In this document: one piece after another, positions 1 through 9,345 of the stretch
Layout of the letters: each line of letters opens with the position of its first letter
How positions within the stretch are numbered: the first letter of the stretch is position 1
From: an uncultured virus (IMG/VR IMGVR_UViG_3300005600_000030)
Taxonomy: Duplodnaviria > Heunggongvirae > Uroviricota > Caudoviricetes
Reading direction: 5' to 3' (one strand)
IMG/VR virus record: IMGVR_UViG_3300005600_000030
Span: 54,180-74,179 of that record
DNA length: 20,000 nt
Program-made: the position numbers and the translations under genes
Notes under the pieces: model-generated
What the model saw: the letters and a program-made list of their open reading frames with translations, nothing else
Told to the model about the DNA's origin: nothing
Database searches by the model: none

Positions 1-85
1 CAACTAAAGCATCAAAGTGGTCTTTCGCTGAGTTGAAGTTCTGTTTTTGAATTGCATCAATAAAATCGTTAATATCATTTTCCAT
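1..85 (-). CDS. Probable prohead core protein (gp67-like), runs off the left edge of the window
   Basis: Manual translation from the ATG at 85, 2 nt after the portal stop, gives MENDINDFIDAIQKQNFNSAKDHFDALV, open to the edge. Position after gp20 matches T4 synteny. Not in the ORF track. Confidence 0.6.
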   Translation of the reverse strand, partial: MENDINDFIDAIQKQNFNSAKDHFDALV

Positions 86-87
86 AG

Positions 88-1611
88 TTATACTCCAAGG
101 TCTTCTTCGTCATCGTCTCCACCCTTTGCATTCTCGGCTTCAACTTGTTTTTTCATTTCATCGATATCTTCATCAGACATCATCATCACATTTTTCATTA
201 CCCACTCGCGTGAGAAATATTCACCTACATATTGTGTTACTTGGTCAAGAGTTTGCAGTCTATTAGTTAATATCTCTGCATCTTTTAATTCTGTAAAATG
301 ATTATCCCGAATAAAATCAACTTGGATATCATTTTTCCATTCATTCCAATCCTGTTCAGTAATGATACCTTTTAGGATTAATTGTTTCTTCAGAATGTTT
401 ATGAATAGACCAGAAAAACGTTTACGCAGTCTATCTATAAACTTCTGAAACTTGACTTCGTCTCTAGATATTTCTGTAGAGCGACCCAGTGAGAACTGTG
501 ACTCTTGTTCTAATCGAGCGATAGGTACATTCAGAGAACGATACAAACGTTTCTGGAAGTATACAATATCATCAATCTGACCTAAGTTCTCACCGCCTGG
601 CAGTGTTGAAATCTCAGTACCTCTACCACCCTCTCTACGGGGTAACCAGAAGTCCTCTAACATTGACATATGTTTACGGTCATCTTTCAGATTACCCGTA
701 CTCGCATCGTACACTAACTTGTTACGATAACGATTCATGATATCTTTCATGTGTTGTTCTGCCTTGTTGGCTGGCAGGTTACCCACATCAATGTAAAAAA
801 TTCTACGTTCTGGTGCACGTGCAAGACGATAAATTACCAGACTGTCTTCCATCATCCGTAGTTGGTTGATGGGTTTAATTGCTTTGTGTAGGTATGATAC
901 TACACGTTTTTTAGTAGGGTCGGTTAGACCCGAAGTAATATATGAAACGGAATCGGGAGAAAGTCTCACCGCAGATTGTGTTTGATTCTTCTCTTGGAAG
1001 ACATAAAACTCTTCAGTCTTATCTACAATCTTCGCATTGGTTTGAGTATCCTTTTTATATTTTACCTCTTTTACTTTTCTTACTTTCGCAGAATCGACAG
1101 GACGAATCTCCTGAATACCTGCTTTCATATTCGATTCATTTACTACCAGATGGTGTACAAGACGACCATCAATATACCATGAACGGAACATGTCGTGTCC
1201 GAATTCGTTGAAGTTCAACATCGAACATATATCATAAAACTCATCTGTAATCATTTTCTTAATCTTATCAGAAGTTTCAACTCCATCAAGATTAATTTGA
1301 ACCGGAGATTCTTGTTCTGAACCTGAAATAGACTCATTAACAATATCTTCAATTGCAGCATCAACTTCGGGGTGTTGTGCGATACCACGATACTTCATGA
1401 TGAGTTCTGCGTTATCTTTCGCATTGTCACCGTTGATATCGATATACTGTCCATAGTGTGAACCACTAGCAGTGACGTACCCTGCGCCATCGTCATCCGT
1501 CTTGGGAACGATAGAGGGTAATTTATCATTTTCTTTATTCGGATCTTTCTTGTTCGAACGTTTAAGTTCGAAACCGAATAGTTTCATAATACTATTATTG
1601 TCGTCTGCCAT
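88..1611 (-). CDS. gp20: T4-like portal vertex protein
   Basis: 507 aa with hallmark motifs HPEVDAAIEDIVNE, YLHKAIKPINQLRMMEDSLVIYRLARAPERRIFYIDVGNLP and EDFWLPRREGGRGTEISTLPGG; GAGG RBS. Confidence 0.98.
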   Translation of the reverse strand: MADDNNSIMKLFGFELKRSNKKDPNKENDKLPSIVPKTDDDGAGYVTASGSHYGQYIDINGDNAKDNAELIMKYRGIAQHPEVDAAIEDIVNESISGSEQESPVQINLDGVETSDKIKKMITDEFYDICSMLNFNEFGHDMFRSWYIDGRLVHHLVVNESNMKAGIQEIRPVDSAKVRKVKEVKYKKDTQTNAKIVDKTEEFYVFQEKNQTQSAVRLSPDSVSYITSGLTDPTKKRVVSYLHKAIKPINQLRMMEDSLVIYRLARAPERRIFYIDVGNLPANKAEQHMKDIMNRYRNKLVYDASTGNLKDDRKHMSMLEDFWLPRREGGRGTEISTLPGGENLGQIDDIVYFQKRLYRSLNVPIARLEQESQFSLGRSTEISRDEVKFQKFIDRLRKRFSGLFINILKKQLILKGIITEQDWNEWKNDIQVDFIRDNHFTELKDAEILTNRLQTLDQVTQYVGEYFSREWVMKNVMMMSDEDIDEMKKQVEAENAKGGDDDEEDLGV

Positions 1612-1625
1612 CTTTGCCTCAAAGT

Positions 1626-1661
1626 AAAAATAATACGCGGGGGGACTATCCCCCCACGCAT
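1626..1661 (-). terminator. Rho-independent terminator-like hairpin between gp19 and gp20
   Basis: Minus strand reads TGCGTGGGGGGA-TAG-TCCCCCCGCGTA followed by TTATTTTT: a GC-rich stem with G-U pairs and a U-tract. Confidence 0.8.
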
Positions 1662-1662
1662 A

Positions 1663-1670
1663 TATTTAGT
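1663..1670 (-). promoter_or_regulatory. Possible late-promoter variant ACTAAATA
   Basis: Matches the TAAATA core of the T4 late promoter TATAAATA; intergenic, just after the gp19 stop. Confidence 0.45.
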
Positions 1671-1676
1671 CACAAC

Positions 1677-2204
1677 TTAACTAGTTGTGTCTGACTCCCA
1701 ATACTGAACTTGGAATGTTACTGTGAACTCTTCAACAGCATCTGTTGTTTCGTAGCTCAAAGTAATCTCAGAGATATTAGTTGGGAAACAACCACGGAAA
1801 TTGTACGTCTTCAGTACAAGTCCATCTTTGTCCAACTGATCTACTGACAAGTCAGTTTGATACTCATCTGGATTATTGAAACCAGTGTTCTCATTATGAG
1901 AATTGATTCCATTCATCCAACGTTCCATTGCATTACGCACTTCGAAACCAGTATCGTTAATTACAGTGATAGTCCATACTTCGAAAGTACGGTCACCCGC
2001 AATCTTCAACTGACGACCACGGAAAGGTACAACAATCTCAGCGATTGTTGATGCGGGCAAAGCCGCACCCTTTGCCATGAACGAGGTTAACTCTGCATCT
2101 CCCAATGCGTATGCAGGGAAGTTTACACGACAGTTGAACAGGTTCGCACGGGCACCACCACCTTTGAGTTTTGACTTAAAGTCATCTACACCTAAAATAG
2201 CCAT
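1677..2204 (-). CDS. gp19: T4-like tail tube protein
   Basis: 175 aa with GGGARANLF, PFRGRQLKIAGDRTFEVWTITVIND and FPTNISEITLSYE; follows gp18. Confidence 0.97.
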   Translation of the reverse strand: MAILGVDDFKSKLKGGGARANLFNCRVNFPAYALGDAELTSFMAKGAALPASTIAEIVVPFRGRQLKIAGDRTFEVWTITVINDTGFEVRNAMERWMNGINSHNENTGFNNPDEYQTDLSVDQLDKDGLVLKTYNFRGCFPTNISEITLSYETTDAVEEFTVTFQVQYWESDTTS

Positions 2205-2208
2205 GTGA

Positions 2209-4017
2209 TTATGCTCCTACCGTGCCAACAACTTCTTCGAAGTCTACACCAGTTCTAACTGCAACAAAGTTCAATTGAACGAAGTTGATAGAACGTGCAG
2301 GTTTCACAAAGATGCTTGCAACGAATTGGTTATTGTCCACAACTTCTTGATTGTTGTTTGTTTCATCACATACAACACGGAAGTCAGTTATACCTCTACG
2401 ACCCTTAACTCTACGGAGGAAAGGTTCTACAATGTTTACGAATTCTGCACGAGTAAACTCGTCATTGAATTCGAACATTACATTTTTAGCAGCTTCACCA
2501 ATTGACTTCTCAATCGCAATGAACAAACGTCTTACGTTGATACGGTCAAATGCAGAAGGTCTGCTTTCCAACGTCTTATCACCAAACAGAATCAGACCAG
2601 TGCCTGGAATGTTTGCGATAGGATTAACACCTGCCTTATATAGGGCATCACGTTGGGTTTGGTTTGGATTCGTCAAGATACCCGTAATACCACGATAGTT
2701 ACCACGTCTTTGACCGGCAGGTGAATACCATGGGTCTGCGATAACGTCAGTAGCAGCCATCAGACCCGCAGTGCTTGACGCAGCAGGAATGTTGATGTAC
2801 TTATCGTTGTACTTATCGAACACTTTGAAGAAGTTGTTATCTACTACTAAGTAAGATGATTTTGTAAGAGTATTCGCGAACGAAACTGCATTGGTTTGTG
2901 CCTGTGCATCAGTCTTACCCACAACACCTGCTCTATCTACTGAAGTAATAACAACACAGTCTTTACGTGATTCAGCGATTGATACAAGGTCATTTACTAC
3001 AGAAGTGCCGTTTGCCTCAGAACTATGTTGAGGTGCAATCAGGAAGTCAATCTCAGTAGTGAGTTTGTCTTCGAACAGATCGTAACCTTCAGCGAATTCA
3101 CCAGTACCCAAAGTTGCAGACTCTTGTCCACCACCAAGGTTTACTGTGCGAACACCGTCCACAAGACCAGTACCTAGACCGTAGTTTACTGCGGTGTCGG
3201 TATCAGGAGTAGTTCCCCAGTTTCCACCCAGATCCAAGTAATCGGAACCGAATGCAGAGTCATCACCGAAGTAACCATTCCAGATGTATTGAGAGTTTTG
3301 GTTCAATACGTCAGAGATATAGTTAGGTGAATTATCAGGAGTTACTGCACCACGTGCAACAGAGAGGTATTCAAACTTCTCGAGAACAGAACCAACAGTA
3401 CCAGTGATAGCACCAGTACGGTCAATGATTGCAACGTGAACTTCATCGTTAGCTGCACCATTGCTGGTTGCATACGCAGAAGTGCCTGGAGCACCATTGA
3501 AGTTAGACGCATATGCCCAACCAGTAAAGTGGTCTACACTCGCAGAGTCTCCGGCAGGACAGAAAGAAACTGTCAATGCGTTACCCAATTCGCCTGGATA
3601 TTTTGCAATCCAAGTACCAGAAGAAGTTGCAGCTGCACCTTCACCTACCGCAGAACTGACAGAGTTTTCCCAATGGTCAAGGTTATTAACCAACATTGAG
3701 TTACCGTCAGAATCACCAGCAAATTTAGTTACTGCACCGTGTGCGTTCTGTCCACCATTGTTCTCGCGAACAACCTGTAGAGTTTGTGAGTATTTAAGAA
3801 AGTACGCAGCGGAATGGAAATCCACTGAGTTCGTGTCGTCAGGTGCACCAAAAGTTGATACCAGACCTGTTTCGTCTGCAATCAATGTTCTTTCGTGTAC
3901 TGGGCCCCAACGGAAGTTACCTACGAAACCACCACCAGATGAACCGACCGCAGGTACTATGCCTGTTTTGTCGATTTCGCTGATATTGATCCGAGGAGAT
4001 GCGGGTTTAACAGCCAT
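2209..4017 (-). CDS. gp18: T4-like tail sheath protein
   Basis: 602 aa with SPRINISEID, GNFRWGP, PWYSPAGQRRG and FGDKT...SAFDRINVRRLF...FEFNDEFTR...VKPARSINFVQLNFVA. Confidence 0.98.
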   Translation of the reverse strand: MAVKPASPRINISEIDKTGIVPAVGSSGGGFVGNFRWGPVHERTLIADETGLVSTFGAPDDTNSVDFHSAAYFLKYSQTLQVVRENNGGQNAHGAVTKFAGDSDGNSMLVNNLDHWENSVSSAVGEGAAATSSGTWIAKYPGELGNALTVSFCPAGDSASVDHFTGWAYASNFNGAPGTSAYATSNGAANDEVHVAIIDRTGAITGTVGSVLEKFEYLSVARGAVTPDNSPNYISDVLNQNSQYIWNGYFGDDSAFGSDYLDLGGNWGTTPDTDTAVNYGLGTGLVDGVRTVNLGGGQESATLGTGEFAEGYDLFEDKLTTEIDFLIAPQHSSEANGTSVVNDLVSIAESRKDCVVITSVDRAGVVGKTDAQAQTNAVSFANTLTKSSYLVVDNNFFKVFDKYNDKYINIPAASSTAGLMAATDVIADPWYSPAGQRRGNYRGITGILTNPNQTQRDALYKAGVNPIANIPGTGLILFGDKTLESRPSAFDRINVRRLFIAIEKSIGEAAKNVMFEFNDEFTRAEFVNIVEPFLRRVKGRRGITDFRVVCDETNNNQEVVDNNQFVASIFVKPARSINFVQLNFVAVRTGVDFEEVVGTVGA

Positions 4018-4083
4018 AGCATTTTCCTTTGTTTTCGTTAACGAATAATACGAGAATCATAATACGGTTATATTCAATACCTT

Positions 4084-4091
4084 TATTTATA
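4084..4091 (-). promoter_or_regulatory. T4-type late (gp55-dependent) promoter for gp18
   Basis: Perfect TATAAATA on the minus strand in the gp17-gp18 intergenic gap. Confidence 0.85.
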
Positions 4092-4104
4092 ACAAACCAG
4101 TTCT

Positions 4105-5718
4105 TTACCAGTCGCGGTCGATTACAGTGTCCATCTGGTGCCATCCTTGATTGTGATGGGTAGTATTCTGTTCTTCGATGTAATCCGAACCATCATCAAT
4201 ATACCCGAACGGAACAATATCATCTTGAATTGCTTGCATCTTTTCTTCAAACATCATTTGTTTGAGATTTATATCTGTCATATCTGCAAAGAACTGTGTA
4301 GACACAAAGTAACCAAACATAACCAAATTCATCATGAGATCGTCATGGTTACCATCTGAGGCTTCGTATGATTGTCCCTTACCGATGAATGTAGATATCT
4401 CTAGTATGGTCTGTTCATCGTATATGTCAAGTTTACCCGTCTCGATAATGTCCTTGATAGCAGAACAACCTAGACGTTTGACCTTACGAGTCATTTCTAT
4501 ACCGAGTGCGTTTGCTTTGGTTGCACTGGAAGTGTGGAGATTCTCATATTCTAAATCATAATATAAACCATTACATACTACAGTCCCTTGGTCATTCGAT
4601 TCAACAACAACCCATGATTCATTGTAGAGAGTTGCATACTTATATATAATATTAGGAAAGAGCAATGGAGAAATAGTATTGTTGCGATACACGGCGACCT
4701 GTTTAAATGGTCTCTCGGTAATATCGATTACGTTAAACGTAGAATAATCCTGTCCTCTTCCCTTCGACACATCAACTGTCATGATATATTCATGGTCTTT
4801 GATGGGTTCATTATATATTAGAACACTACCACCTTCATACTGATTTTTGTATGGAACTGCACGTAATGACATCAGTGTTTCTGCACTGATTAAGGTATCA
4901 CCCGTACCGAAAAAAGTATTGCCGAATTCCTGATCGAACTGTAACTGAGATGTATTCGAAATGGTTTCATTCTTCCATTTCTCGTCACGGCCAGGCACGT
5001 CCCACCAATCCACTCGGAATGGTTTGTATTCATTGGTACCTTGTACTGCACCTGTCCAGATCTTCTCGAACTGATTACCGATACCGTTTGCGGTAGATGT
5101 GATGATTACCTTGGTGTCTTTACCAGAAGATACTACAGGGTATGTAGAAGTATAGAATTCTGTCGCATTATCTACGAACGCAAACTCATCAAGAAATAGA
5201 AGATTGACAGACATACCACGAATAGAAGACCCAGAAGTAGCAGCAGCGATGATACGACTATTATTAGAGAATTCAATAGAACCCTTGTTAAGGGCTTTAC
5301 AACCTGGCTGGAGAAAAAATGGTAGATTCTCGAGCATGAGTGTAACACGTGCGAGCATCTCTCGTGCTGTTGCACCTTTGTTTGCAAGGACTGCAATAGT
5401 TTTCTCAGAATGGAAACAAGCAAACCAAAGGAGGTAACCAACCGAAGAAATAGACTTGCCAGATTGTCTACAAGCGAGTACAATAGAAAACCTATTCTCA
5501 TCGAAATGGTCGAACATTTTTTCTTGATATGGATATAGATCGAAGTTAACCAGACCACGGTCAAGATGCACCACCTTTACATATGTACGACAAAAGTATG
5601 CGGCATCACCCATACACTTCTGGTACTCTTTTATTTTCTCTTCTGTCCATTCCTCGGCAACCCCATCTCGTTTAACTTGGGGGTTTCCAAGATACGATTC
5701 CTTAGTCTGAGTCGTCAT
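4105..5718 (-). CDS. gp17: Terminase large subunit
   Basis: 537 aa with YLGNP N-terminus, Walker A CRQSGKS, Walker B LLFLDEFAF, IITSTANG, and nuclease motifs VDVSKGRGQDYS and HDDLMM. Confidence 0.98.
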   Translation of the reverse strand: MTTQTKESYLGNPQVKRDGVAEEWTEEKIKEYQKCMGDAAYFCRTYVKVVHLDRGLVNFDLYPYQEKMFDHFDENRFSIVLACRQSGKSISSVGYLLWFACFHSEKTIAVLANKGATAREMLARVTLMLENLPFFLQPGCKALNKGSIEFSNNSRIIAAATSGSSIRGMSVNLLFLDEFAFVDNATEFYTSTYPVVSSGKDTKVIITSTANGIGNQFEKIWTGAVQGTNEYKPFRVDWWDVPGRDEKWKNETISNTSQLQFDQEFGNTFFGTGDTLISAETLMSLRAVPYKNQYEGGSVLIYNEPIKDHEYIMTVDVSKGRGQDYSTFNVIDITERPFKQVAVYRNNTISPLLFPNIIYKYATLYNESWVVVESNDQGTVVCNGLYYDLEYENLHTSSATKANALGIEMTRKVKRLGCSAIKDIIETGKLDIYDEQTILEISTFIGKGQSYEASDGNHDDLMMNLVMFGYFVSTQFFADMTDINLKQMMFEEKMQAIQDDIVPFGYIDDGSDYIEEQNTTHHNQGWHQMDTVIDRDW

Positions 5719-6046
5719 GAGGAATCACTTGTTTTTCATTGTGTAGGAATCGTTGTAGTTCAGTTGTAGACCCAATGAATATATTATTATTGGTCGTACC
5801 GTTAGGTAGTTCTTTTGGTTTGTCTAGTTGTTCGATTTGTTTCTTTGTTTTATTCAATGCCATCAGACGGTCAGAAACATCCGATACGTTTTTAATCATA
5901 CCGGACAGAACTTCGAACGCACGAGGATGTTCGGACTGTTTTGCCAGTTCCAACATCTCTTCGATACCATCTCTACCCTTTTCGATTAGGTCATAATAAA
6001 CGTCACGAGAAAACTCGTAATCGTCATCCATCTTTTTATCTGTCAT
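5702..6046 (-). CDS. gp16: Terminase small subunit
   Basis: 114 aa with DDYEFSR, SEHPRAFEV and NNNIFIGSTTELQ; overlaps the gp17 start. Confidence 0.95.
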   Translation of the reverse strand: MTDKKMDDDYEFSRDVYYDLIEKGRDGIEEMLELAKQSEHPRAFEVLSGMIKNVSDVSDRLMALNKTKKQIEQLDKPKELPNGTTNNNIFIGSTTELQRFLHNEKQVIPHDDSD

Positions 6047-6828
6047 TAAAATTCACTATCCAAGTATACAGTACTGAATCCATAGTCACTGTCAGCACCA
6101 ACCCCAACAGGTGTCGGTGTGGTTTGTAAACGTAGTTGGAAATCTTCCCTGTCACTATCACCCGATAAAATATATAGGTTATTATTAACTTCACGGATAA
6201 CACCACGAGTGGACATCGGGCCATAAAAGTTAATCTTCATGTTGAATGACAGAGTGTATATAATTGTTCTTCGGTCTCCGATAGAACCCTCATAACCATC
6301 ACTGAAAGAAACACCTGACAATATAATAGGTACATCTTCGGAGATTTCTGGGTGGTCTGTGTTGAATGGTTTGACCGATATCGTGTACTGAGGATTGAAG
6401 TAAGGTAGAATCTGTTCGACCATCTGCAATGCATCATCCTGAGACTTTGCGTAGATATTAACCTCAAACCCAATATCGTATGGTACAGAAGAATAGAATT
6501 GATTCTTTTTAGTCGCGTCACCACCTACCGTAGATGAGAATGAATTCATCTTGGGTAGTTGTCTCACTGGGTCATATGTCATAGAAGTAATCTCGAACGA
6601 CATACGAGGTAGTTTAATTGCAACCCTGCGTTCTGCTTCCTCACCATTAGCCATCTCACCTAATCTTTCGATGAAACTCTTCTTGGGGGCGTAGGACAAA
6701 GGTACCTTAACTTGAGAGATAGTCTCTCCCGAAGAGTTTTGACGAAGTACATAGATGTTATTAAACATGGAACCGAATACCGATACCGCAGTTCTTACCC
6801 TCTTATGATAAAACCAATTTCCTAACAT
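6046..6828 (-). CDS. gp15: Tail sheath stabiliser / tail completion protein
   Basis: 260 aa with FYH...FGSMFNNI, KVPLSYAP, LPRMSFEI, QMVEQILPYFNP and RRTIIYTL; TAATG coupling to both neighbours. Confidence 0.95.
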   Translation of the reverse strand: MLGNWFYHKRVRTAVSVFGSMFNNIYVLRQNSSGETISQVKVPLSYAPKKSFIERLGEMANGEEAERRVAIKLPRMSFEITSMTYDPVRQLPKMNSFSSTVGGDATKKNQFYSSVPYDIGFEVNIYAKSQDDALQMVEQILPYFNPQYTISVKPFNTDHPEISEDVPIILSGVSFSDGYEGSIGDRRTIIYTLSFNMKINFYGPMSTRGVIREVNNNLYILSGDSDREDFQLRLQTTPTPVGVGADSDYGFSTVYLDSEF

Positions 6829-8570
6829 TATGATATATCTCCGAATGGATTACTCTCGCTGAAATCAAGGAAGTCCCCTTCAAAGTCATCGAAGAAATCG
6901 TTCTGTGCAGCCAGTTGTATGTTCTGCAATTCCTGTACCAAAGAAGGTGCATAGGACGCATCCTCACTGACTACCGCATTGCTTGTATTAAACGTATGAT
7001 ATACACCATCGTCCGAACCAACGTGTACTAGGTACAACGTGTTGTCCGAGTCAGACCATTTCGCAACTTCACCTTTCATGGTGAATGTCCCTTGGTCTTG
7101 ACTTACGATAGTATTACGTTGATAATTACCACCGGCAGAAGGTGCATCAATAGTTACTATTGGTTCTTCATCATAGTATATACCAGATTCGGTAAGTGCT
7201 ATTGACTCTAGTATACCACCATCTGTGATTGTTGTGGTTGCAGTTGCACTTATTGCATTGAAGTGTAGTAGTTTCGCATCGTAAGTTACGTCATCTTCCC
7301 ACTCTATTGATTGTATGGTAAGAGTAGTATCATTACCTACAGTCGCATATCTAGGTTCGAGTATCTGTGCTTTACTACCGACTTGTACACGGAACTCATC
7401 AATGAATCCGTCCATTGCAGTCCAGTCTATACCATCAACAGTACGTGCAGCAGTTGCACCTACCGAGTAACCTTCATCACTCACCCAGTTGAAAGTGACA
7501 CCTGCGAGGGTCGCGTCCAGTTTTCTTACGAAGTCGAAGTAGATTACTAGGTTGTTAGTTCCTACACCCGCAATAAGAATATGGTGCCAAGTATCTTCTT
7601 CGAATAAGATTGAACTTCCGGTGAGATTTGTTACACCCCCACCTTGGTTATCTCCTCTACTATACACTAATTGACCCGTTGGGTCAACACCCCAGTAATA
7701 GGTATTTGTTAGGTCACCGTCTCCACCACCTGTTTTGAAAATAATATCTTGACCAGATGAAGGAAGGTTGTTAATATATACCCATGCTTCGATACTACCA
7801 TGCGCACCTGTCTGCGCATACGTACCCTCAGAACCTCGACCACGAGTCACGTTAAGTGACGCATTACCGAACTTAGAATTACTTCCTAAAGCTGCACCAA
7901 TAGTTAATGTGGGTGCAGTAACATAACCTCTACCTGTAGTCTGAACATCAAATCCAACTACCGCACCATCAACATCAATTCGTGATAATGCAGTTGCAGT
8001 AGATGCTGCGGGAGATTCCATAACCAGTTTGTACTGGTATGCAGATTCTTCTTCAACGTCATCGATACCTTCAATGTCGGTATCAAAGTCTTCGTCATTA
8101 TATTCGAATAATTCACATTGAAGTCTGAATGTAGGTAGTTGACTCAACTGATAGAACGGAGTCTCGGTCTCTACTTTATATATCTCAAAGATTGATTGTG
8201 ATAAAGGAAGATAGATTAAGTCGCCTTCACGAGGACGGAAGTTATATGCATCTAGTTTGTCACCGATGAGTTTCTTCCATCGTCTACGTGCGCATACAAA
8301 TGTTGCTTGGTCACGCAACTCCACACCAAACTTAGAGAAGAGGTCACCCTCTCCTCCAAACGCTTCTGCATTCTCGATATACATCTCGATTTTATATGCG
8401 TCAGAAAAATGCGAAGGAACGTCATCAAGGAATATTTTATCCTTGTTAACAATTTCTCGAGGTAAATAGTATACGTCCTGACCATAGAATTGTAAGGACT
8501 CTATTACTATGTCCTCATATAAATTCTGTTCAGCACGTACTGATTGTGAAATCCAAGGATTTGTTGCCAT
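6828..8570 (-). CDS. gp14: Neck / head-closure protein with an inserted LamG/ConA-like domain
   Basis: N-terminal gp14 motifs (GQDVYYLPR, IEMYIEN, SKFGVELRD, RPREGDLIYLP, PFYQL, CELFEY) and C-terminal DFSESNPFG; 580 aa because of the internal insertion. Confidence 0.92.
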   Translation of the reverse strand: MATNPWISQSVRAEQNLYEDIVIESLQFYGQDVYYLPREIVNKDKIFLDDVPSHFSDAYKIEMYIENAEAFGGEGDLFSKFGVELRDQATFVCARRRWKKLIGDKLDAYNFRPREGDLIYLPLSQSIFEIYKVETETPFYQLSQLPTFRLQCELFEYNDEDFDTDIEGIDDVEEESAYQYKLVMESPAASTATALSRIDVDGAVVGFDVQTTGRGYVTAPTLTIGAALGSNSKFGNASLNVTRGRGSEGTYAQTGAHGSIEAWVYINNLPSSGQDIIFKTGGGDGDLTNTYYWGVDPTGQLVYSRGDNQGGGVTNLTGSSILFEEDTWHHILIAGVGTNNLVIYFDFVRKLDATLAGVTFNWVSDEGYSVGATAARTVDGIDWTAMDGFIDEFRVQVGSKAQILEPRYATVGNDTTLTIQSIEWEDDVTYDAKLLHFNAISATATTTITDGGILESIALTESGIYYDEEPIVTIDAPSAGGNYQRNTIVSQDQGTFTMKGEVAKWSDSDNTLYLVHVGSDDGVYHTFNTSNAVVSEDASYAPSLVQELQNIQLAAQNDFFDDFEGDFLDFSESNPFGDIS

Positions 8571-8573
8571 CTT

Positions 8574-9335
8574 TTACCCCACGAAGAACATTGGGCCAAT
8601 GTCTTCTTCTTCTCTAAACTTGGTCATAAGTTGTTCAATTTCAGTATTCGCATCTTCGAGTATTTGTCTACCCGAGATAGTAACACCGCCTGGCAACTGC
8701 ATACCTTCGAACTTGGACATGTTTTGTCCCCACTGACGGCGAATCAATGCGGTTGTATATGCCTTGAGAAACTTGTGGTTCCACAGAGAATTATAATCAG
8801 AGTTAGCACCCGTATCAGGGTCACGTGTACCATATACTTCAAATATTACATAGTTACCTACGGTGAAGTCACCTGCATCATGATAGAAGTATACACGATC
8901 TGCCTGTCTATCAAATGTAATCTGTGGTTCACCACTTAGTTTCATATCCAACAGTGACAGATGTTGTTGCATCTGTTCATAGTATCCCATGTCACCGCTG
9001 AATCTATTTAGGTCTGCAATATCATTCAATCGCATCTGATATTTTATGTCAAAGAAGTTGGTAGACGCAGATGCGTTATCCACTCTGAACATTCGAACAA
9101 CTGTCATCACCTCAGTATCCAAATCGACATACTTATTATCAATCATTGCCTGAGTGATTTCTTTGGTGATATAATACCGTCTCTTACCGTCCGGATGATG
9201 TTCACGGAACCATTGTAGTGCTTCGTCCACACGGTCTTCTACTTGTTCATCCGCAACATTAATTTCCAATACCGGAGAACCCAAGGCTCTCAAGCAATAA
9301 TCAATTAGTTCGTCTCTAGTGTCTGGAGTTGCCAT
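8574..9335 (-). CDS. gp13: Neck protein
   Basis: 253 aa with LIDYCLRALGSPVLEINV, QVEDRVDEAL and RQWGQNMSKFEGMQLPGGVT. Confidence 0.95.
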   Translation of the reverse strand: MATPDTRDELIDYCLRALGSPVLEINVADEQVEDRVDEALQWFREHHPDGKRRYYITKEITQAMIDNKYVDLDTEVMTVVRMFRVDNASASTNFFDIKYQMRLNDIADLNRFSGDMGYYEQMQQHLSLLDMKLSGEPQITFDRQADRVYFYHDAGDFTVGNYVIFEVYGTRDPDTGANSDYNSLWNHKFLKAYTTALIRRQWGQNMSKFEGMQLPGGVTISGRQILEDANTEIEQLMTKFREEEDIGPMFFVG

Positions 9336-9345
9336 TTTCTATACC

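Noticed and set aside
3461..4048. 195-aa plus-strand ORF and the other plus-strand or nested ORFs (e.g. 9416-9907, 13516-13851, 19309-19623)
   Set aside because: They are antisense or alternate-frame shadows of well-supported genes and show no recognisable motifs.
88..5718. Introns, inteins or homing endonucleases in terminase, sheath or portal
   Set aside because: The ORFs are continuous and of ordinary length, with no intein or endonuclease motifs seen.
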